Assembly (NCBI GenBank): GCA_951406725.2
Contig: OX597823.1
Span: 16,368,001 to 16,432,000, forward strand
Direction: 5' to 3'
Length of the DNA stretch: 64,000 bases
Origin: Octopus vulgaris
Taxonomy: Eukaryota
Of this stretch, positions 38,591 through 51,230 are shown one piece after another. Position numbers and translations under genes: made by a program. The notes beneath the pieces are model-generated. The model did no database searches and had not been told where the DNA came from. It saw nothing but the letters and a program-made list of their open reading frames with translations. The number at the start of each line of letters is the position of its first letter. Within the stretch, counting starts at the first letter, position 1.

Positions 38591-38824
38591 GTTGAGGGCG
38601 AACTAGCAGAAACATTAGCACACCAGGCAAAATGCTTTGTGGTATTTCATCCACCGCTGCGTTCTGAGTTCAAATTCCGCCGAGGTCAACTTTGCCTTTC
38701 ATCCTTTTGGGGTCAATAAATTAAGTACCAGTTACGCACTGGGGTCGATGTAATCGACTTAATCCCTTTGTCTGTCCTTGTTTGTCCCCTCTATGTTTAG
38801 CCCCTTGTGGGCAATAAAGAAATA
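38591..38824 (+). mobile_element. SINE family B (MetaSINE-like)
   Basis: B-box GAGTTCAAATTCC, Meta-like domain, 15-bp TSD AGAATACTTTATTCT (38576-38590, 38825-38839). Confidence 0.88.
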
Positions 38825-39770
38825 AGAATACTTTATTCTATTACTTCAGTTCATCTTGGTGCCAGTAATAATGGGTACCACCAGATAAGAATGTCACCTC
38901 GAGGTAACCATGACATACATGTAAGGCTATCGTAATGAAATCACTGTCATCTACACTGTCATTAAGACACCTATCCAATAATGGAGACTCAACATGGTCA
39001 CTTGACCTTACTAGAGATATCACTCTCTCATTAAGAAAAAGAAATCGATAAAGGTCAAATTCGAAATGTAGTCTCTGATCATAGCCTGCTGGATGATGGT
39101 TGACCTGAGACTAAATAACAATAAGCCTTTGTTGATGTCTAACCCTTAGTCATCATATTCTAAAACTAACAGAACTAAACATGTCTAAATTCACAAACCT
39201 TCAAAACTAAACTACCATAACCTAACCCATAAACCTTTCCAGGCTCTGTCAGAAGAGTACATAAGGTTAATATGTAGAAGTGAGGGTGATAAGCTCAGTA
39301 TAGTTTATGTTCATTTTCTTAAGTCTCAGTGAATTGGAAGGGGATGAGGACAGAATGAAGATTATGGGTTAGGAAAGAGAAGGGGGTGGAGTAGTTCCCA
39401 AAAAAAACGTGGTATAGCTCTGTGAAAAAGAGATTAGGCATTTCCATATCACTCACACAAAAACAAACACAAAATTTCTGCGTTGTATTTTTTGTCTCAA
39501 GTTTTCTTCTCTTGGCCTCTGCTCGGAGGAAAAACACAAAACCAAAAAAAAAAATAAAATTGTACAAAAAAATAATAAAAGAAAAAAGAAAACATAGCTT
39601 ATATTTCGAATGATGCTGAATCAGAATTTATTTCTTTATATTAAAAAAAAAAAGGAAATGAAACAACAACTACATAAAACAAAACAATAAAACAAACATG
39701 CATACAAAGCAGGCCATTATTTCACAGTAAACAAGGACAACATACTACACACACACACATTACTTCACTT

Positions 39771-39815
<45 letters not shown>

Positions 39816-40284
39816 CATCTATTATACAATAAAAACAAAAACCTGAGTTGGAAGCAGCTGTAGACAATTTAGCAATATTTGAGAATCTCCAACAAACTGC
39901 AACCAATATCCACAAATAAATAAATGAATAAAAGAGAAGAAAAAAACGAAGAGAGAAATGAATGCGATTAATATATTTGAATATATTAGAATAAGAATGG
40001 TGAATAGGCAGAAACAAGAAACTGTAGAGCACTGAACTAAATTCCCTATAGTATTTAGTTTCTTTCTCCACCTCTTACATATTGAGATCAAATCTATTAT
40101 AATTCCATTAGCATCCCCAGACACTATATAAGGATATTAAATCGAACATCAGTGTACGACTAGTATTTTCTTTTATTGACATCAAAACGAACAGAAAATG
40201 TTGATCCTAGTGGGAATTGAACTCATAACGTAAAGAACTGTAACTAAATTCCACAACAGATTTTGTCTGACAATCCAACAATTA

Positions 40285-40725
40285 TTATTTCTACTCTAGG
40301 CACAAGGCCTTGAAAATTTTGGTGGGGAGGGGGTGGCTTGTCAATTACATCGACCCCAGTGCGTAACTGGTACTTATTTCATCAACCCCGAAAGGATCAA
40401 AGGCAAAGTCGACCTCAGCAGAGTTTGAACTCAGAACGTAGTGGCAGATGAACTACCGCTAAGCATTTTGCTTGGCGTGCTAATGATTCTTATTTCTTTA
40501 CTGACCACAAGGGGCTACACACAGAGGGGACAAACAAGGACAGACAAATGGATTAAGTCGATTATATGAACCCCAGTGCATAACTGGTACTTATTTAATC
40601 GACCCCGAAAGGATGAAAGGCAAAGTCGACCTCGGCAGTATTTGAACTCAGAACGTAGTGGCAGATGAAATACTGCTAAGCATTTCGTCCGGCATGCTAA
40701 CAATTCTACCAGTTTGCCACCTTCA
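40285..40725 (-). mobile_element. SINE family B dimer
   Basis: Same dimer layout as 21868-22306; flanked by CAATCCAA(C/T)AATTAT. Confidence 0.85.
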
Positions 40726-41243
40726 ACAATCCAATAATTATACCATTCCATCACAATTAATTCGTAAAATACAATAAGTTTCATGAGATGAGGAGAGTTA
40801 GTGAGTTCTGAGGTTTTGCAGAGGACAAACACTTAGAAGAAATGAGCAAGTATCCTACCCACCAAACATCAGGATTCACTTCATCTTAAGGCACATATTT
40901 TCTTGTCTTATAAAATCTTTTAAAAGTATTTCCCGACATACACCCATTACGACTTTCATCAGCTACTATTTTTTCCCTCTTTCTAACACCACACACACAA
41001 GCACAGAAGGAGAAAGATAGTCCCGTGCTAAGAATCCCCAATTACGAGTAAGCACTCTCATTGCCTTGCGAAAAAACTAAAGCCCTCGTAATAAATCTGT
41101 AAAGTGTTGTTTGGCACAATACTATTTCAGCAACTACTGCAGCCAAACTAAGAGCCAAATCTGATCAATACCAGTGAGACCAAGAAGGGATTCTGGCATC
41201 TGGGCAACTCCATACGGCCGGCTCAAGGATCTTCATACACCCA

Positions 41244-41279
<36 letters not shown>

Positions 41280-41293
41280 TATGTCATTAAACT

Positions 41294-41643
41294 GAGTGTA
41301 GATTAAAAGCCCTTTAGGACAAAGGACCCCTAGGACAAAAACCCCACGGTTATATTTTTTTATTACTTCTTTGTTTTTTTCACCTTTTACTTGTTTCAGT
41401 CGTTAGATTGAGGCCATGCTGGGGCAACTGTCTTGAAGAATTTTTAGTCAAATGTATCAGTGCTAGAAATTTTTTAATTTAAGGGTCAACACATTCAACT
41501 ACAAATTTCTAATAACCATGGGGCTGTTATCTGGCGGGGGGAGTCTTTTGTCTGGTGGGGTCTTTTGTCCAGGGGGGTCTTTTGTCCAGGGGGGTCTTTT
41601 GTCCTAGGAGGCTTTTGTCCTAGGAGGCTTTTGCCTCGATCCC
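41294..41643. mobile_element. Mutator-like non-autonomous element with subterminal tandem repeats
   Basis: 9-bp TSD CATTAAACT (41285-41293, 41644-41652). GGACAAAA-type units at left, ~17-bp GGGGTCTTTTGTCC units in the opposite orientation at right. It interrupts a reverse family A SINE (continues 41653-42030). Confidence 0.7.
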
Positions 41644-41802
41644 CATTAAACTATGACCATGCTGGAACACCACCTTTAGCTGAATGATTCGACCTCAATA
41701 CTTATTTTTTAAGCATGTTACTTATTCTATTGGTCTCTTTTGCCAAATCTCTAAGTTACGAAAACGTCAGCAAACCAGTACCAGTAGTCAAGCGGTGATG
41801 AG

Positions 41803-41884
<82 letters not shown>

Positions 41885-42508
41885 GATGACCTTCTTTCAG
41901 TTTCTGTTTACCAAATCCACTCACTAGGCTTTTGGTCGGTCCAGATGACATTTACCCAAGGTGCCACGTAAGTTGGATGGAACCCAACTATGGTTGGTTG
42001 GTTGGTTGGAAAGCAAACTTCTTATCACCCACTCTGTATTGGGAATCTTACTGTATTACTGTTACTTCGTCAATTCTGTACCATTACGTAAATGAGTTGC
42101 ATTTCACATTTTTAATGAGTAGAGATCTACGTCAATTTCTTTCTTACAGAACTGGAATGTAGAAATAGGAGGTCCTCAGTTCAATGTTTAATTGATACTG
42201 CTGAAAACCGTCTGCGTTCATCAAGTGATATAAGGGATATACGTTCATGGCAAGAATACATATGATGTTATTTTATATCAGTATATTATATTCTGATTTC
42301 AAATATTGCCATGGACGACTTCGTTGGTTTGTCCTCCCTAAGGCAATTTATATGGATGAGAATTGAGAATTCTATAAAATGCAGAACCAGTTGTAAATGA
42401 TATATAGATGCCCATTAAAGAGCCTCAGATGCAGTACCTAGATCTGCTAGATATAGCTCCCAAATGTCACAAATCACATCATACAATTTTAAAGCATAGG
42501 ATCACATT

Positions 42509-42915
42509 ACTCTTTACTCTTTTACTTGATTCAGTCATTTGACTGTGGCCATGCTGGAGCACCTTTAGTCGAGCAAATCGACCCTAGGACTTATTCTTTG
42601 TAAGCCTAGTACTTATTCTATCGGTCTCTTTTGCCGAACCGCTAAGTTACGTAGACATAAACACACCAGCATCGGTTGTCAAGCGATGTTGGGGGGACAA
42701 ACACAGACACACAAACATATACACACACACACATATATATATACATATATACGACGGGCTTCTTTCAGTTTCCGTCTACCAAATCCACTCACAAGGCTTT
42801 GGTTGGCTTGAGGCTATAGTAGAAGACACTTGCCCAAGGTGCCACGCAGTGGGACTGAACCTGGAACCATGTGGTTGGTAAGCAAGCTACTTACCACACA
42901 GTCACTCCTACGCCT
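42509..42915 (-). mobile_element. Full-length SINE family A nested in a family D element
   Basis: Near-consensus reverse copy; flanks GGATCACATT and ATTGGATAAT rejoin the family D motif. Confidence 0.9.
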
Positions 42916-44206
42916 ATATTGGATAATTTTCTCATAGAAACCTCCTCGAAAAGAAGAGGTAGTCAAAGAAAGGATGATTACAGCTAGAACGCCTTTAATT
43001 ATATAGGTCTCTACTGTTATCAGAGTTGGTCAGGGTTAATATATATATACAGTAACAACATATATACTAAGAAATAGTCAGTCTCTTCCACTTATTGCGT
43101 TAGCAATTGTTTGAGAACATTTCCAACAAGGAAATTATGTAAAAACAATGAGGAAGAAAGAAAGAAAAAAAAGACAAGAAATAAAAACAATTGAACGAAT
43201 TCTGGCAATCACTAAAAGAAAATCAAGAATTCAAAAAGAGAAGGAAAAGATAAGGAGAGAAAAAAAAAACGGGGTGAAGCTCCTTAGAATTTGGTATGTA
43301 TATATCTAAGGATACATCTTGATTCGTCAGCTAAAATATATATTGGTAGCAAACACAGTGATTCTATGAAGAAAAGAAAAGAAAAACAACTTCTTCTAGT
43401 CATGTTTTAATGTAACCTACACCCTCTCCAAGAACCTCTTTTATTTCTTTTTTAAGCACATCACCACACACACAGACATATACACACATCTCTCTCACCC
43501 TGTCAGCATCTCACATACACACTAATTCCTTTACTCTCACACACTAGCTTCTCTTACATATACATTTTCTTACAACACGCAATATCACTCTAGTTCTCAT
43601 TTCATGCGCACAAGCGCGCGCTCATACACATACATACACACATACACACTCACTCATTCACTTAGACTCTCAATTCAATCTTCCCCTCTTCGGCGCCATC
43701 CCTTTCTATGTACTCCCTCTCTCATATCCTCTACGTTTCTGTGTTCACCAACAACCTGTTGATGAGAGCAGCGAGAATTATAAAGAAATACAAAAAATTT
43801 ATACGGTGTGAAGACGTGGAGTGGGGTTTGTTGAACATAGCTGAAGTGTGAGAGAGCATGGTATATTAGTGGGATGAGGAAGGCAAGCAGCCATCAGTCA
43901 GGCAGGAAGGAAGGGATAGTTTGTATTGTAACAAGAGGGCTATGTATGTGTGTATGTTGTTTTTTACTGTAATAACAGCAGGCACAAGCATTGCGTTGTT
44001 GATTACAAGGAAATTTGAGTGAAGTGGAGTTGTTGTTTTTGTTTTTTTTTTAAATCACTGAATACATATTTTTGCTATTATTTTTAATAGACAGTTACAG
44101 AAGTGACTCAAGTGCTGAGAGTTTCGTGACACTTTTGTAAGGGCCGGGAATAATTCAGCAAAAATGTATATGATATTCCCCAGCTTGCTTGTTTATTCTA
44201 CTAAAC

Positions 44207-44406
44207 CAGTGGTTTTCAACCAGGGTTCCGCCAGTACAGTCCAGGGGTTCCGCAAGAAGTTACAAAACTGCTAAAATCGGCAGCAATTTTTAATTCTCCT
44301 GTGCAAATATGTGTGCATAAAACTATTAAATTATTGCACAGGGGTTCCTCGAGCCAGTGGAATGTTTCCTTGGGTTCCGCTCCAGCAAGAAGTTTGAAAA
44401 ACACTG
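44207..44406. mobile_element. hAT MITE (200 bp)
   Basis: TIRs CAGTGGTTTTCAA / TTGAAAAACACTG, perfect TSD TACTAAAC (44199-44206, 44407-44414). Confidence 0.88.
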
Positions 44407-44929
44407 TACTAAACCTATGCATACATACACGATCAGTTTCACTCGCATATATGTACTTTCTATCAACAATAAGAAACCATAATGATTTACTCGAGGTGCA
44501 TTTCAAAAAGGTGAACAGGAGTAGGATGTTTATAACTTGAAGGGGAATGAAAGTGTTTTACTTGGAGAAGAGGTGGCTTTATAACTAACTGCTCAATGAT
44601 TTTGTTTCCTAAAGGTAATAATTGTGTTAGTGGTGGATCTAAATATACTGCAATAAAATTTTTTTAATGCACTCAAGGATGCACGTTAAAAATTTAATGT
44701 TTGGTAAAGTATAATAACGATATGCTATTTGATTTGGTTTGGTTGAGGTCTGTCTGTCTGTAAGAGAGCAGGACAAAGAAGAAATACAATAAATACCACC
44801 TAACAACAACACCTAACAATACCATAAAACAACACTTTGAAAGATAGTGGAGGTGTGTAAACTGTAAAAACAAGAAATCTGATTTCCCGCATAAACAGAA
44901 ACTTTAACAACGGTCTCATATAATCTAAT

Positions 44930-45092
44930 GAAACCAAATGTAATTTTGCTAACATCAACTGATGTTTACTTCATAGGAAATACTTCAACAAAGAGTTGGT
45001 ATACTGGTATAATCAATGTGAATGATCTTATCTAGGCTTAGCGGAACGACTTTTAAGGATAGATATACACAGTACACTTACTCTTTTTGACA
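44930..45092 (+). mobile_element. Penelope-like GIY-YIG endonuclease relic
   Basis: KCNFANIN*CLLHRKYFNKELVY, then YLGLAE and, after a frameshift, TFKDRYTQYTYSF. This matches the PLE pattern CNC....CPL.GKC....VVY...Y(I/L)GL.E..FK.RY..H..SF. Confidence 0.6.
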
Positions 45093-45094
45093 TT

Positions 45095-45146
<52 letters not shown>

Positions 45147-45159
45147 GCATATATAAATG

Positions 45160-45477
45160 GGTAGAGGATGTCACCAACTGTGTAAACAACATGAAGTACG
45201 AAAAAAAAGGTGTTAAATACGCAAACAACGACAGAAAAATGGAAAACAGGACAGGCAACACAAAGAACGACCCTTCATCGGTTGTCGGCTGTCTACTCCT
45301 CATTTTGAGTATTGTCGTTGAATGCTCGAAATGAGAAGTAGATAGACGGCCGACAACTGATGAAGGGTCGTTCTTTGTGTTGCCTGTCCTGTTTTCCATT
45401 TTTTCTCTCTTTGCTTGCGTATTTAACGTTTCTTTTCGTACTTCATGTTGTTTACACAGTTGGTGACGTCCTGTACC
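45160..45477. repeat. Foldback (palindromic) element, ~154-nt arms, 7-nt loop
   Basis: 45160-45313 is an imperfect reverse complement of 45321-45477; TA-rich repeats on both sides. Confidence 0.92.
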
Positions 45478-47783
45478 AATATATATATATATATACGCAT
45501 ACACATATGCGTGAGGGGGGAAAGTATATATGTACACACCTATGCAATAGGGCTGAAGTAAAATACTTCAGAAGAGTGTTATGCATACTAAATGCATCTA
45601 CTTTATATTACGTCAATGAATACGTAATATTATTTGAAAAACTTCCACAAATAAGATTTGTGTGTGTGTGTGTGTGTGTAGGACTAAAAACGTATGACTT
45701 TCTCTTTTTTTAAAGGGGGAAGAGGGGGGGAAGTTGAAGACGTGAACTTGCGGAAACATGCTTTACATGTGTAACACATAAACTAGAGAATACATAGTAT
45801 ACATGTATCTATAGATGCAATACCGGAGAGTAAATAGTTTAACTTCGCTCAACAAACAACGAACAACGTGCTCCCGGCCAAGTAAATGTCATGACTAGCA
45901 AAACGTAAAAAGAGAGGAAAGGACTGTACAAAAACGTACACCTTTATTTATTTATTGCTTATAAAACAAACACTACTTTGTGATTATTCTGATCTTTTAA
46001 GACGGGGCAATACCTTTAACTTCACTTTTTTAAACCAAGTAGTCAATTATCATTATTATTTTAGTGTATTATTTCTTTTAAATAAATCTATTTAACAGGT
46101 TGAAAGCAAACAACATTTGAATGCATGTCACTATAAAGTGGTTTTTTTTTTCTTCTTCTTTTTGCATGCCTTCCTTACAATCCTAACCACAAAAAATCAT
46201 GCGATTCTATTGATATCAGGTTTGATAGCGCTGCTTGATTACTTTCATTGTTATATAATAACTCCATACATAACTTTATATAAATATCGTTATATAACTC
46301 CATACATAACTTTATATAAATATTTAATCGACCCAAGCATTTTATTTTATCGATTTCAGGGTAATAAAAGACAAGTTCGACCGTGTCAGGATTTGAAAGT
46401 TAAAAAGAGGTGTATACTGAATATAAAGTAGGCCTTATGGTAGTCGCTCTAATAATAAATTTTGACATTAGCAAAAATTTATGTCAGTGCATTTCAGGGA
46501 GGTGAATTAGTCGATTTAACTATGACTTCTAGCGTTTAATCGTCTCGATAAAAGAAAATATTAAGTCGACAGCGGGGTGGGATTTGAACACAGAACATAT
46601 TAAAGAAAAAGATGTAACTAAATACACCTAGATAAAACGCTGCTTCACTGATTCTTTCAGCAGCCTCCCTTTAAAAAAAGATGATTGTTGTTTCCAATTT
46701 AGACAAAGGAACCAGCAAATTTGAGATGTGAGCTTAGTTGATACCTTTGACCACAGTACTTGTTGTACATGTCATAACTCCGGGATGACAGGTACAAGGC
46801 TAAAAATAAGTAGGGAAGGGGTTTAATTGATACAAACCGAAAAGACGACAGGCAAAGCCGACCTTGGTGAGATTTGAACTCAGAACAAAGTGATGTAACT
46901 AAATGCCACTGCTTTTCAAATGATAATTGTTACAAGCATAAACATAAATTTAAGAGGAGCTGTTAGACGATTTGCAGTGCTAGCAGACATAATATCGAAG
47001 AAGACAAATACTTCTTTTTTATCAACAGTGACACGGAAAAAGCAAAGCTAACCTAAGAAATCCGGCAAGATAATTTTCCTAACGTTCTAACAATATGCTT
47101 TTATTTATTTTTTTTTTGTTCCTAATGTTTTATCAATGATTACAAAGTGAATAGAAAAGTATTTAGTCTTCCTTTATCGTTTAGTCTTTCGAAATCTTTG
47201 GTTTATTAAGTGTGTTGCAAAGAAGTTAGCTACGCAACTATGTGGTATCGAGTTCGATCCCTCTGCGCAGCTACTTTGGCAGGCGTCTGTCTACCATAGC
47301 CTTGAATCGACCCAAAAGCTTGTGAATGAAATCGTAGCTCGATTAAAGCACTGTTCGTGTTCAAGGATTATAGCTGGTTTAATTAATATTACCATCTGTC
47401 CCTTGAGTGACTATAGTGAAGTCCACTCTATTGCAAATATTTGAGCCAAGACTCTCACTTGGGGATAAATTTCTTTCTCACCAATCACTGAAACCCTAAA
47501 AAGATTCATAGGCACTGCCCCTTTTCTCGAGAGGGCAAATTATATGGATATTAACTACGACGCCCTGCACTATTATATGCCGGACGAGCAACAGATTATG
47601 CAAATTGCAACAGAAATATGTTCACACATGTATAGGTATTCAGCCACATACTTTTTTCTTCCACAGATATTGTGGATGGCTTATACTAATTGACTGTACA
47701 AGTATATTCAAATATTGACACACAAACGAATAGAAAATCTTTTTTGTTGACATCCATTAACTGGTATCAAATACTTCTAATTG

Positions 47784-48017
47784 AAGGCGGCGAGCTGGCA
47801 GAAACGTTAGCACGCCGGGCGAAATGCTTAGCGGTATTTCGTCTGCCGTTACGTTCTGAGTTCAAATTCCGCCGAGGTCGACTTTGCCTTTCATCCTTTC
47901 GGGGTCGATAAATTAAAGTACCAGTTACGTACTGGGGTCGATGTGATCGACTTAACACCTATGTCTGTCCTTGTTTGTCCCCTCTGTGTTTAGCCCCTTG
48001 TGGGTAATAAAGAAATA
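47784..48017 (+). mobile_element. Young SINE family B copy
   Basis: CpG-rich consensus-like copy; 21-bp flanking duplication GGTATCAAATACTTCTAATTG (47763-47783, 48018-48038). Confidence 0.9.
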
Positions 48018-49496
48018 GGTATCAAATACTTCTAATTGTGTATCGGAGTTGAAAGTGTAGACCTACATCGAATATAATAGTACGTGCTTCGGCGAGCTGG
48101 CAGAAATCGTTAGCACGCCGGACAAAATGCTTAGCGGCATTTCTTCTGGCTTACGTTCCAAGTTCAAATGCCGCTGAGGTCGACCAAAGTTTTAGGATCG
48201 ATAAAATAAGTATCGTCTGAGCACTGAAGTCGATCTAATCAACGAGCCACCTCCCCCAAAATTTCAGGTCTTGTGTCTATAGTATAAAAGGATTATTCAT
48301 TGAAATCGGCCTTAATGATCTTCACTCGGAAATGTAGAATAAAGCGTTCTACCACAGAAGCCAATGAAGCCCCTACGAGATCTAGTAGAAATAATAGCCA
48401 GATTACCCACTCTTGTTTTAAATAAAGGATACACTGGATAAATGTAGCCTCTGTTATAAAAAGACGGTATGGTCATGGTTGGACACCCTTTTATGATAGT
48501 GTTCAATAAGAAATCCAATAAAACGTCTGTAACTAATTATATATTCGGTAATTTCTTTAAAATCTTACAATGATTTTTTTTATGGCACAAAAATATATTT
48601 AACGTGCACCAAAGCTTGAGTATGCCGATAGATAGATAGATAGATAGATGAGATTCTTTGTGATTTAAAAAAATTTTTTCGGATTATTTTATTTTCAGCA
48701 ATGGAGATTACGATTGTGACATGACGGGGGGGGGGGGGGGATTTCAAACGTTTTATCCATTTCCTCCTTCCACGAGCACCATTTTTCTTGGGGAAATTTT
48801 TTGAGAGTGCTTGTTCTCACGTTTCCAAATGCGGATATCACGATTCTGGAAAAATAATTATTTATTCAAAATTTCGATTCCCCCACCACTACCACCACGC
48901 AAAATATCAATGTCAGTGATTGCTTACGATAATTTTTCACTTTAAATAAGTATGAATACACACACAGAATGGTTTTATAATACGTACATTGCATCCTTGC
49001 GTGTTGTAAGAGGCAACTAAAAGGCTTAATGGAACGACAGACCATCTCACCCATGCTACCATGGAAAAACGGACGTAAAACGCATATACAAGGACAGAAA
49101 TAAAGAATTTCCAAATTTTTGCTTTGATTTTCATGCTTAAAATAAGAAACTGTTATGATTGCTTCTAGCTTTTGTAAAAAAAACTTTAATACCAATGAAT
49201 ATATTTGTAATCAAAACTTAATGAATACTTTCGATTTTGCTTTTTTTTTTTTTTTTGGCTGTAATTACACAATTTTGCTTCCTCAGTTTTAAGATGTTCG
49301 TTGTTTCTTGAAACTATGAAGGAAATTTATGCAATTTACCTAAGATTATTTGAACAGTACCTTCTCATTTATGTGTATAATTTTGCTTCCGATAATTGAA
49401 TAAATTTTACAGAAAAAATGTTTCCTTACATATATATCATCGAAACAAAACAATTAAAAATATATATTTTTCATTATTAATATTTCTAAACCGTTA

Positions 49497-51190
49497 AGGC
49501 GACGATCTGGCAGAATCGTTAGTACAGCAAGCAAAATGTTTAGTGGTATTTGATTCGTCTTTATGTTCTGAGTTCAAATTTTACAATGTCGACTTTGCCT
49601 TTCATCTTTCAGAGTCGATAAAATAAGTACCATTTGATGACTGGCATCGATGTAATCGACTTATCCCTCCTCCAAATTTGAAATCAATATTTGAAACTGT
49701 TTGGACGGCGAGCTAGCAGAATCGTTACCGCGCCGGCAAAACGCTTAGTGGCATTTCGTCCGTCTTTACGTTCTGAGTTCAAATTCCACCAAGATCGACT
49801 TTGCCTTTCATCTTTCCGGGGTCAATAAAACAAGTATCAATTGAGTACAATAATCGATTATCCTCCCAAAATTTCAGGTCTTGTGCCTATTAGTGGAAAG
49901 GAACGTAAATATTATTTAAAATGGCGGCGAGAAGGCAGACTCGTTAGAGCATCTGTAAAAATGCATTGGAATTTTTTTTCTGGCTCTGGGGTCAAATCCC
50001 ACTTAGGTCAACTTGGCCTTTCACCTTTTCTAAGTCGTTAAAATAAAGTCCCAGTCAAGTACTGGGGTCAATGTAATCGACTAATCGCGTCCCTTCAAAA
50101 CTGCCCAGCGTTGTATTACCTACATCACAAACCAAAGACGGCAAACTAGTAAAATCGATAGAGCGTCGGATAAAATACGTTGTGGTATTTGTTTCACATC
50201 TTTACACGCTGACTAATAGTAGTGGATGCCAGAGTACAACGTTAGTACAACAGTTGCGGTCGATGGCATGAATTAAGCCCTTTCCTCAAAATCGCCGTCC
50301 TTGAGCAAAGGTTTTGGAGAGGATAGAGAGTTAATGTAATCTACTTTCCCCAAAAATTGCTGGCCTTAAGGCGGTGAGCTGGCAGAAACGTTAGCGTGCT
50401 GGGCTAAATGCTTAGCAGTATTTCGTCTGCCGCTACGTTCTGAGTTCAAATTCCGCCGAGGTCGACTTTGCCTTTCATCCTTTTGGGGTTTATTAAATAA
50501 GTACCAGTTACGCACTGGGGTCGACATAATCGACTTAATCCGTTTGTCTGTCCTCTCTGTGGGTAGTAAAGAAATAGGTATTTCGTCAGTCTTTACGTTC
50601 TGAGTTCGAATTCCGCCGAAGTCGACTTTGCCTTTCATCCTTTTGGGGTCGACAAATTAAGTACCAGTTACGCACTGGTGTCGATGTAATCGACTTAATC
50701 CCTTTGTCTGTCCTTGTTTGTCCCCTCTATGTTTAGCCCCTTGTGGGCAGTAAAGAAATAAGAATTATTAGCACGCCGGGCAAACTGCAAAGCGTTATTT
50801 CGTCCGTCCTTACTTTCTGTATTCAAATTCCGCTGAGGTCGACTTTGCCTTTCAACCTTTCAGGCTTGATAAACTAAGTACCAGTTGAGCATTGAATCGA
50901 ATTGTAATTGACTTGCCCTCTCCCCCGAAATTATTGGCCTTGTGCCAAAATTTTAAACCATTATTATCATTATTCAGGTAGCGAAAAGGCAGAATCGTTA
51001 GCACATCGAGCAAGATGCTTAGCGGCATTTCGTTCGTTTTTACGTTCCGAGTTGAAATTCCGCCGAGGCCCACTTTGCCTTCCATCCTTTTGGGATCGAT
51101 AAAATAAGTGCCAGTTGATTACTGGAGTCAATGTAATCGACTTACCCCTCCCCTTGAAATTGTTGGCCTCGTGCCAAAATTTGAAACCAT
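49497..51190 (+). mobile_element. Cluster of co-oriented SINE family B copies
   Basis: About eight full or partial units starting near 49497, 49705, 49922, 50137, 50368, 50578, 50768 and 50980, all on +. Confidence 0.82.
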
Positions 51191-51192
51191 TA

Positions 51193-51230
<38 letters not shown>

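Noticed and set aside
45328-45372. GAAA...CUGAUGA in the foldback arm as a type II hammerhead
   Set aside because: Stems I and III cannot be formed and the stem II closing pair is wrong.
46250-46323. Short direct duplications (also 10940-11015 and 12184-12222)
   Set aside because: Ordinary slippage duplications with no further structure.
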